Origin: Nemertoderma westbladi | Taxonomy: Eukaryota > Animalia > Xenacoelomorpha | Assembly: GCA_032718475.1 (NCBI GenBank) | Contig: JAUCBJ010006927.1 | Location: 1 to 57,129 of the forward strand | Reading direction: 5' to 3' | DNA: 57,129 nucleotides | Made by a program: the position numbers and the translations under genes | Shown here: positions 47,052-57,129 of the stretch, piece by piece | Layout of the letters: every line of letters begins with the position of its first letter | Position numbering within the stretch: the stretch's first letter is position 1 | The notes under the pieces: model-generated | The model's input: the letters and a program-made list of their open reading frames with translations, nothing else | Told to the model about the DNA's origin: nothing | Database searches by the model: none

Positions 47052-49268
47052 TTATTGCAGGAAATACTTTACCTAGTAGTAGTAACTTAAATCTAAATAC
47101 AAATAATAATTTCAATTTGAACGTGCAAAATAATCCAAATAATTTAAATAATGATCCAAGCCCGAATTTACAAAATAATTCAAATAATTTTCCAATATGG
47201 GTGCTATTAACGTAAACACGTCGGGCGTGTATGGCCAGGCAGAAGGGGGCCTGGTAGGCCGTGTAGTTAGTAGGCAGGGAGTGGCTGGGTTGGGTAGACC
47301 CAGCGAGGGCCTGGTAGGCCACGTAGTTAGTAGGCAGGGAGTGGCTGGGTTGGGTAGACCCAGCGAGGGCCTGGTAGGCCACGTAGTTAGTAGGCAGGGA
47401 GTGGCTGGGTTGGGTAGACCCAGCGAGGGCCTGGTAGGCCACGTAGTTAGTAGGCAGGGAGTAGAGGGCCTGGTAGGCCACGTAGTTGGTAGGCAGGGAG
47501 TAGAGGGCCTGGTAGGCCACGCAATAGCAGAGGGAGAGGCGGGGGTGAGTGGACCCGACCGCGGCAGGGTTGGTGTGTCGACTGGAGAGGGATATAGTGG
47601 CGGGGTGAGAAATAGCGAAGTTAGATGTGGCGAGTGGGGGGGGGGGGGGGGGGGGCTACAGGGGCCCCACAACAGCGAGTTAGCGGCGAAAAGGGGGGGG
47701 GGGGGCAGAGAGTGTCCCACAGCCGTCAGCGGATAATGCGCGGACCGAAATAGGTAAACCGCAACACCCGGCGACGGAGAGTAGTAGGGGGATCGCGAGT
47801 GTCCCCAGCGGCGTGCGACCGAGCAGAGAGAGACAGGTTGACGTCGTGAGAGGGCGGACGAAGCGTCGAGCCCGATCAGAAGAGGGAAGAAGAACGGTGG
47901 GGTTTAACCGGGAGGTCGACGAGAGATCTCACGAGCGGGAACACTCCACTGAAAGGAGAAGAAGAGAAGACAGTAGTAGAAGTATCGCCGCGAACGATAG
48001 AAGAGCGAGGACAGATAGCGAGCCGTCGGTAGTCGAGATGAGAACAGAGAGTGAGTGGGGTCGAACTCCGGGAGATTGCCGTCGCCCCGGAGAGATGCGA
48101 CCTGGCGGGGCGCACTACGCGCCGAGAGAGGGGTACGCGATGTACCGGTACGAAGATGAGGACAGTAGAGAGGGGGGTCGAAGAGAAACTTTCCGACGGA
48201 ATATACCTACCGATCGAGAATACGGTAGCCGCGGGGAGGATTATTCGAGAAGAATAAACTTCGATCCTGAGCACTGAGCGACACATGCAGACTGTAGGAC
48301 ATACTGTAGGCCTTACTGCACATACTGAAAGAGGCTATGTAGGCGATAGGATAGCGCGGACGACGGGATTAAACCCGGAAGTCGCGGAATACATACCGGC
48401 GAGTAGGCCAGAAGCTGATAGGCCTATACCGGTACCAGTACAGCAGTATGACTACAGCATGCAGGGACATAACATATACCCAGGGGAGGGGGGAATTATT
48501 GCGGATAGGTGTATGGGCCCCAACATATTAACATCAACCCCAGTACCAAACATACCGGTGGGGGGGGGGGACAGGGTGACATTCCCCCATCACAATATCA
48601 ACAATATACCCCGATAGGAGCAAGAACAACGAGACCCTTGGATGAAAATAGGTCGTGTGACACAGAAATATGGAGGGGGCCGCTACCCCCAATGACATAT
48701 CCAAGTCAAAGAAAGTCGAGAAATAGGACAGACGGACCGCACCAGACAGGAGAAACTATACAGCACCCATCGAATCCATTGGAAGCGCAGGCGATGGGGA
48801 TGGCCACGTTGATCGATGCGTTGAAAACAAGGATCGAGTTACCACCCGTGGAACCATTCAAATTCGATGGGAGTAGGCCGGAAGAATATTTACAGTTTCG
48901 GCGCATGTATAGTAACGAAATACTAACAAAGAACTTGACGCAGGCGGAGTGCCTAAAGTATCTGCAAGTATACACGGGAGGCCCAGCATACGATATCGTG
49001 AGGCAATATCAAGGAATAGAGGGCGGCTTCACGACAGCATGGCGGGCACTGGACAGGGAATACGGGCACCCGGCCAAGATCATCAGACAGACACTGAGAG
49101 GCATAACATCGGGTGGCCTACAGGATAATCCCGTTAGCATTAAGACATTTGCTAACAAAGTCGAAAAGGCGCTAATCGTGCTGAAGACGCTAGACACGCC
49201 ATACGAGCTCAACGCGTCCAACAACATCACCACGATAGCGCAGGCACTACCAAACTGGCTGCGCAACA
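47052..49268 (+). mobile_element. Third fragment of the BEL element Gag region, truncated at both ends
   Basis: High identity to about 12779-15112, including the LPPVEPFKFDG core. Ends at ..WLRN, fused to the FReD intron. Confidence 0.92.
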
Positions 49269-49282
49269 ATATTTCCTAACAG

Positions 49283-50884
49283 GTTACAGAATTGGAAGAA
49301 CAGAATACAGAGTTGAAAGAAAATATTACACAGTTGAGTGACCAAGTAATCGATATAAATACAACCTTAACCCTATTCCACCTGGGGTTGGGCAGAATCT
49401 GCCCAACACTTTTTATTTTTAGAAATTCATTATGATGATTTTTATGTATTATTATGAAATTCATTGACTTTTCCTAGAATTTAATTGGCTTTCTGATGGT
49501 TACAAAATATTTTTTTCATCATTTATACTTTTTGTGCTATGGTGTGTTTTTCATATCATAGTCACATTTTTTTATTATAATATCTTTATTAGCCTAACTG
49601 GTAAAAAAGATAATCCCTGGTTGGATAGTTCCCCTGGTCAACAAGCTAGAATACAACCAATTACGGTCCAGGACATTCACTTGGCTGGGTTGTAAAGTTA
49701 AATTCAAACAGGAGATTGTCTACTACTTGGATTAGTACACATCAATCACATTATTTTTTTAATAACAAAATACTAAACTGACAGATATAAGCAAGCATAA
49801 GTCTACTAGGATAAAACAACAACCACCATTGAAACCAGTATATTCCTAATGTAATACAGCAGACATAAACAGAGGTGAATAAATCTATTCAATACAGCAC
49901 CCCTGCAAGCAAAATTTTCACTTGGGATGTCTGGCAGAGTTAGGCAGACAGTGGTGTTGGGAGGAGTATGTATAGTTATTGTCTCATCTTTTTACTATAA
50001 TGGGTTATCTTCATGATAATTAATTTATATGGATATATTATTTAAAATTATGAATATATAAAACTCAGAACAGATGCATTATATATTTTTCTATAAACCT
50101 GCGAAAATTTGGAAAGTTTTGATAAAATTATCATTACTTTTTAGTGTATAATAAACTGTTGGGCATATTATGCCCAACCCCAGGTGGAATCTCGGACAAA
50201 AGAGCCCAGGTGGAATAGGGTTAACTAACCAAGTCGATGAGCTAAAGAACGATGTTAGTTTCTTTAGCCAATTCTTGTTTGGGCAGGAGATAAAGATTCA
50301 ACAAACAGTTGATGGTCCGGAGATAAAGATTCAACAAAGAGTTGATGGATCTGTTGACTTCTATCGAAACTGGTTGTATGAAATGTTGGATGATGACAAA
50401 TGAATATGTTGGAGGATTTGGCGACTCGAATACCAATTTTTGGATGGGGTTGGAGACGATCCACCGGCTGAGTAAAAACGGGGTGAAGTTGCGAGTCGAT
50501 TTGTGGTACACTGGATGGGCGTGGGATGTTAAAACCGACCAGTGGGTGAATTACACCAACGAACACCGATACGCGGAATACAAGAACTTCTCTATCGGAT
50601 CAGCTGCAACTAATTACACCCTACATGTATCCGGTTACCATGGTACTGCTGGTGACTCATTGGAGTATCACAACGGTTTCCCATTCTCTACCAAGGACCG
50701 CGATAATGACCGCTATGACTTCGTCAACTGCGCCGTAGAACTTACTGGGTCGTGGTGGTACAACTACTGCGCGTGGAGTAACTTGAACGGAGAATATGGT
50801 GGGGAGTATCCGAAAGGACCTTATTGGCGTCATTTTACTGAAGGGAATCCGGCTTCTCGAGTTGAAATGAAGATTTGGATTTAG
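49283..50884 (+). pseudogene. FReD copy 3: terminal exon only, with a MITE insertion and a frameshifting insertion
   Basis: Almost identical to 35874-36596. Carries an 850-bp insert at TTAA and a net +25 nt at about 50374-50399. Upstream exons are replaced by gag. Confidence 0.92.
49371..50220. mobile_element. piggyBac-type MITE (850 bp)
   Basis: TTAA TSD at 49367-49370 and 50221-50224; perfect 16-bp TIR ccctattccacctggg plus a subterminal repeat. The empty site is visible in copies 1 and 2. Confidence 0.95.
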
Positions 50885-52044
50885 TAAAACTGTAAGTTTT
50901 ATATAAAATTACTAAATAATTCCAATAGAGTTGCGTTGGAAACTAAATTTTACATTTAATTATAAAATATATAAAAAATATTAATATATAATAGAATAAA
51001 AAATATAATATAAATATAAATATTATTATAAATATAATAATAAATAAAATAAATAAATAAATAAAATAGTAAATAGTAGTAAATAATAGAAAATAATAAA
51101 AAAATTAATATAATAATAAATATTAAATAAAATATTTATATAAATATAAATAAAATATAATAATATATTTGGGTGAAAAGTTAATAATAATTATTTAATA
51201 CTGTAGTTCCGGAATAAATATCGTTTTTTACTATGAAATTATTGACTTTAACGTTTTTATTATTTATTTTACAGTTTGAATTCCCAATGAGTTGTAGAAG
51301 AGATACTGTACCTCGGCCTATAGTTCTATATAATTCATTAAACACAACTGATATATGTTACCAGTTTATATGTGTGATGGTTATGGGTTATATTAGGTTA
51401 TTGGTTAATGTTTGGTTAACCCCTTCCAAATATGGTTACTGGTTTATGTTTGGTTAACCCCTTCCATATATCGTGGGTAATCTGGTAAAACCCCTAAGTC
51501 GATTTTTGGCCATTTTCAGGTTTTTGGTGATTTTGGTACCCTTGATTGATATCCACCTTCTGACAAAACCCCAGAAGTCATAACAGCGTTAATAACGGAG
51601 AAAAACGCAAAATAAGATCCCGTCTAAATACCGCTTGATCTGTTAAAACTCCCTAAGTACGAAAAAACTATGTTTAAGCACCTTTAATATGGGATTTAAT
51701 TTCTGATAAAACCCCTTAAATTCGATATTAGGGGGTTTCTTATTAGTTAAATGTCAGAGGGACTTTTAATTATTCGTTCTGATAAAACCCCCAAAATGCC
51801 TGTTTGCCACAATATGATAGGATAATTGGCCTTGAATTAATTAATGGAGTGAGTTTTGAAGTAGGTCTACGGTATTAGTATTAAATGAATAGGTTGCCTA
51901 CTCAACACCTAACAGTATTTTTAAATAGCGAAAATTTGTACTGCTTATTTTAACCTTTGGCGAAAATCTGGGGAGGGGGTCAATTTACAGTACTACTACT
52001 AGGATCGGCACGCTTCATTGGAGGTGCATTTTAAGAATGCTGTG

Positions 52045-52195
52045 CCGGCATGTCCACAAAATTGCAACGCCACAAATCCCTATTACCCATGACATTTGCT
52101 AGATCATCCGCATCTTCAAGGCCAGAGTCCTTTGAGATGCGCCTCAAGAAAGTCATGGGCTGTCTACTATGCTTATTCACTCCATGAGACTGCGT
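52045..52195 (-). mobile_element. RTE-like LINE 3' end relic
   Basis: HGVNKHSRQPMTF..LEDADDLANVMGNRDLWR; homologous to 23600-23880. Confidence 0.65.
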
Positions 52196-52270
52196 ACTTG
52201 AGTACAAGATTATTTACAAGTCTACTGGTCCATTTACAAGTTAATTTATAGAACTGTAGATATACTCTAG

Positions 52271-52686
52271 GTGAGTGTAGCTGAAGATGTTCAACCAGTA
52301 GAGAGTGTAGCTGAAGATGTTCAACCACTATTGAGTGCAGCTGAAGATGTTTAACCAGTACTACAGTAAGTGTAACTGGAGATTTTTAACTGTTAGTGAG
52401 TGTAACTGAAGATGTTCAATCGGTAGTGAGAGTAGCTGGAGATGTTCAACCGGTAGTGAGTGTAGCTGACGATGTTCAACCAGTACTGAGTGTAACTGAA
52501 GATGTTCAACCTGTACTGAGTGTAACTGAAGATGTTCAACTGGTAGTGAGTGTAACTGGATATGTTCAACCGTTAGTGTGTGTAGAGGGAGATGTTCAAC
52601 CGGTAGTGAGTATAGCTGGAGATGTTCAACCGCTAGTGAATGTAACTGACAATGTTCAATCAGTTGTGAGTGTAGCTGGAGATGAT
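52271..52686. repeat. 30-bp minisatellite, about 14 copies
   Basis: Unit gtgagtgtagctgaagatgttcaaccagta. Confidence 0.92.
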
Positions 52687-52699
52687 TTGGGTTCCGTAT

Positions 52700-53360
52700 A
52701 AATGTCGTGGGACCATGTGAGCCCATTTTTTCACTTAGAAGGATAAGTGAAGAGTTGTCAAAAAAGAAAGACAGACATCTGGCTGTTATCTTTGTTGACG
52801 TCTTCAAGGCCTTTAATTCAGTCTCTCGCTCACGTATGTTCAGCATACGTTCATTATATTGGATTCCTGATGGAATTATTGCAGCAATCAGATTAGTAAA
52901 ATGACTCGAAGACATTTGTACTATTTTTCCTATTGCTGCTACTGTTGACGGTGACACAGAACCATTCGAAATGTTATGGGGAGTCCTCCGAGGAGACACA
53001 CTTGCGCCATTCTTGTTCATAATTGTGGTTGACTATGTTCTACTAATGTCCTTAGATCATCATAATGGTGATAGGGTGATGGTAACTCCACCTACTGGCT
53101 CCAGAAGTCGAGGAAATCCTGCCAAGTACCTAACTGATCTAGACTTTTCTGATGACTTAGGAGTACTCTCATAATCACTAGAAGGAGCCGAACAGCTTCT
53201 CAGCTCATTAGGAAATTTTGACAGTTAACTGCAAGTCTCTAACCGGATGAGCATAAGCTCAAAGAATGGTATGCTTGAGCAAGTGGAAGACTTCTGTTAC
53301 CTGGGATCATGGATCCGGAAGTCAGATGAGGACCTTCGAATACGTAAGGGAAAGGCATGG
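52700..53360 (+). mobile_element. RTE-like LINE RT relic
   Basis: FVDVFKAFNSV, GVLRGDTLAPFLFIIVVDY, DLDFSDDL and VEDFCYLGSWI, with stops. Confidence 0.88.
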
Positions 53361-54570
53361 TGTTCGCGCTTTCAGACCTTTGGCAGTTTAACCCACCAAA
53401 TTAAGATGTCTTCCAGATATTAAATCGGTTTTTAGTCTATGACAAGTATTTGATTCACTACACTAGTCGAAACCACTCTGTGCGCGATCATTCACCCGCT
53501 GGATATTCCCGGGAGATTGGGTTCGACGGTTTAATTTTATTGCTATGTAAGCCTAATGTATTATTCGACTGACAGTATTATATAATCTCTGACAATATTA
53601 TTCACCTTCGGGAATATTAACAGTTCCTTTAGGACGTGGCGCTTTATCTATATAAACAGAGTTATGACTTAAACTACTCACAACGATATGGCTTAATTAT
53701 AATTCACATATATGGCGCATTCTTTAGGAATTGCTTCTTTAACAGACTCACTCATACGCAATGCTGCACAATACTGCACACTAATCTGCCAATCTTCACT
53801 GATTTTAATCACATATAAAAGGAACACAGACTGACTCATGTAGGGTCTATCAAATAACATTAGATTCACTTCAAACCACTTTAACATAAGTCACAATCGT
53901 TTATCTGTAACCTTTCTCTCTTACCTTCGGCATATCAAGAATATTGGGTTTCGGGGTTATTTATCGTTATTCCAAATATAATAATTCATCAACCATATTA
54001 TGAAGAACTGACAGTAAATAGCAGTATAAAACAACAACTGCACACTGATTGTTATGAGTTTGCAATGTTTCAGCAGTCAGTATGTATGATCAGTTAGCAG
54101 TTAAAGGATATATGTCCTTCGGCATATCAAGAATATTGGGTTTCGGGGTTATTTATCGTTATTCCAAATATAATAATTCATCAACCATATTATGAAGAAC
54201 TGACAGTAAATAGCAGTATAAAACAACAACTGAACACTGATTGTTATGAGTTTGCAATGTTTCAGCAGTCAGTATGTATGATCAGTTAGCAGTTAAAGGA
54301 TATATGTCCTTATAATTAAACCTACTAGTGTAAGACTAAAAACTGAAACACGGAGGTGCCAAAAGCCGGTTCTTAGGCTCTGGGCAAAAACATAACACTG
54401 AACTACTGAGTTTCTGTATATACCTCCAACACAGAGACAACAAACGCTCTGATTGGTCAACCTGAACAACGAGAGAACAAAGACAAAGAAACGTCGACGT
54501 GGCAATATCAGCTGCTAGCCGTCGTCATGGTAGCGACACTGTTTTCAAAGTATCCAGCTATTGCGTCACG
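53361..54570 (-). repeat. Inverted diverged copy of the BEL LTR, with an internal 192-bp tandem duplication (53924-54307)
   Basis: Begins tgttcgcgctttcagacc and is collinear with the reverse complement of about 43215-44224. The right boundary is uncertain (possibly 54790). Confidence 0.72.
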
Positions 54571-57129
54571 AGATTGTGGATTATGTCCTCTAAAGTACAA
54601 ATACAGTACAAATACATAAGAAATGACTTTTATGTCCTCTAAAACACCAGTACAGCAAGGACACGGCCCTTTTATGCCTGGCAAACCAACTACAGAGTAC
54701 TTTAAGGGAAAATAACCGGCTAATTACGCAAAAGCTTTTACACCGCTCCCAGAAAATGGGATTTAAGTCTATAAAATATAACAAATCACAGTTTCTAAAA
54801 TATAAAGATACTCTAAACAGTTAGCCTTTCTTACGCAGACGGCGTTTACGCAGTTTTTTGAGGCTAGCAAGAGTCCTTTTCTCTTTGGGGGGAGCCACTT
54901 TACTAGGAGGGCCATAACTCCTGGGTGAAGGGTGCAATATGATTGCATCAGAAGGTGTAGGATTGTGGTCGAGGTATCTGCCGTTTCGATATGCTTCTCC
55001 TCGAGCTGATTTTCCTCCGCTCGTAGCTGGATACGTTCATCCAAAAACTCTCGCAGAGAATAGGATCGTCCAAGTTCGATAACTTCTTAGAGATTCTGGA
55101 TTTCCCAATCAAATTGAGATAAGGCCAATTCGTTTATCGATTAGACTTACTGTTATAACTTACGTTTATCTGAACAAACGCAGGTTTCTCTTTTGATCTT
55201 TATAGAATAGCGTTTAACTCGTTTCGTACAATGCTCTCCTTCACCTTGATGAGGGGTTGTATCGCGTTAAACGGGGACGACCATACGGTTGGATAGTGAT
55301 ATTAGGTGTCCGCGTCACAATCCGGCTAGGTAAGATGGGCGGCTAGCTAGAAATCACTGTCGGAGTGTTACCGATTAATTGTTAGGGTAGCACTAGATCT
55401 TTGAACAGTGAATACCGTCCGCGAGGATCCGCGACACCACCAGGATCGCAGGTCTGAGGTCCAACTAAGGAATGAGGAGGTTTGACCGAGTATTCCGGGA
55501 CTCTGATCGTAGGTTTACTCCAGGATCGTTCGAGCCGAGTGAGCATAGGTGATACGTCAAACAAGTTTCGCTCGAAACTCCAGTAAATATAACGAGCACA
55601 ACTGTGTTTAACACAACGTTTCCGTGGATGTTTATGTCTTTCCGTTTATTAGTTGGGTCTAGGGCATTTATCATAATAATACCAAAGACGCACGTCTGGT
55701 AGGGGAAACGCGGGTGATATTTATTTGTTGTTACAATGCTTCTATCAAGAATTCCAAATATATGTTGGAGTTACCGCGTTTATTTGTTTCTTTAATGTCT
55801 TTTCTTCCGAGCCGATTTCGAATAGAATTTTCGCATTCGAATTTCAGTTTATGGTTCCGACTCCGCTGGGCAGGATATATAGTCGACATAGTCCGTATTG
55901 TGTAAATCGATAGGATGATCAGTAGTTAAGAAGCCCATATACGTACCATTACGCTGCGTATATCGAGCAGCGAATTTTCTATAGTCCAACTCTCGCGAGA
56001 GCTGCACTTGGGACATTGTCGGTTCGATATAACGACCATCGTCCTCCGCAGCAGTTGGACTAACGTCGCCGCGTATTAAGCTATCAACAAACGCTTGTAA
56101 AAGTAGAGTATATCGCTCCCCGATACCAAGACCATCTTCTATCAACTCCGTCATATCTGCTATATATGAGTTTATCCATATTATAAGGAGTTTATATTTA
56201 GGCTAGCGAGCGTCGCTGCCTACTCCAATTAACCCCCGGACAGTACGAGATCCTCAGCGCCGATGTGTCGTCGCCACTGTACTTTCGCCAACGACGTAGC
56301 CGCACAACGACAACGACAACCGGCACAAGTCACTCGACTGTCCGTCCCAAAGGCTTAGATGTACTTCAGGTTTTCCTTGGAGAGTTAGGTTACTTTTACG
56401 ATTGCGACTAGCTACTGTAAACACACCTTAGTAGTAACATTCGCCTATAAACTCACAAATGCCACACACACAACTTGTCACAAATTACACACACTCGGGT
56501 CACTTGTCCGTTAGTCAATGCCTTCCAGAATGTCACTGTATTATTATGTATCCTTGGATACTATCAGTGCACTATTTATTCCCTATGCTATTCAATGGGA
56601 CAAGCTTTCTATTGTTCTTTTAACTCAATTCTAATTCTAGCGTGGTTGTTGCTATGGTGACATTATGCAAAGCTAGCGGTAGAATTAGGGTGATTCCAAT
56701 GCATACAGATCTGGGATGTTATTTAATAGTATTCTTTAATAGTCAATGTTCTGTTTTATACATGACTTTATGAATTTTATCGGCTATTGACTATGTTTGG
56801 GAGACTTTCGTACACGCATACGCATAATAATATAAATGTCCGCTCCCTTGATCTATTAATTAATGGAATTTTGGGGAATGTTATAAATTGCGTAAAATGG
56901 CAATTTATTAAATTCATTAAAAGACATGAATTTAAATTTATTCCCTGAAATTTTATTATTTGATAATTAAATGGGCATATTTTGATTCTAGAACATGTCT
57001 AGGGACACAAGATCCTTAATTCTAAGAAAATTGTCTCTTTAAGAATATCGGTAAATGCTACGATATCTTAATTGACTAGAATTGTTGAAGGATCTGAATT
57101 TTACAGATTTTGACTTATTTGATTTGTAA

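Noticed and set aside
52361-53020. 219-aa ORF with HLQLHSLPVE repeats
   Set aside because: It is read-through of a 30-bp minisatellite plus antisense LINE sequence.

Overview
Eukaryotic window, probably from an invertebrate animal (AT-rich, GT-AG introns, dense transposable elements). Host genes are a tandem cluster of fibrinogen-related domain (FReD) genes and a Ly6/uPAR three-finger gene. The FReD cluster has one intact 3-exon copy (34326-36596), two disrupted copies and an exon-1 relic. The two readable Ly6 exons are split by a 14.8-kb intron. Most of that intron is the stand-out feature: a very young 13.1-kb BEL/Pao-type LTR element (10405-23483) with 530-bp near-identical LTRs and an ATTGT TSD. 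It encodes Gag and protease but no recognisable RT, RNase H or integrase. It instead carries an intact 843-aa ORF with a DEDDy-type 3'-5' exonuclease and three CCHC knuckles, preceded by an array of about 13 small hairpins. It has no tRNA primer-binding site; the leader next to the 5' LTR is complementary to a segment of the LTR itself, suggesting self-priming. The rest is nested transposable elements: a near-intact Mag-like Ty3/Gypsy element, a CpG-decayed Gypsy, three TTAA/piggyBac-type families, RTE and other LINE relics, BEL LTRs and minisatellites. All homology calls are by-eye motif recognition; no searches were run.
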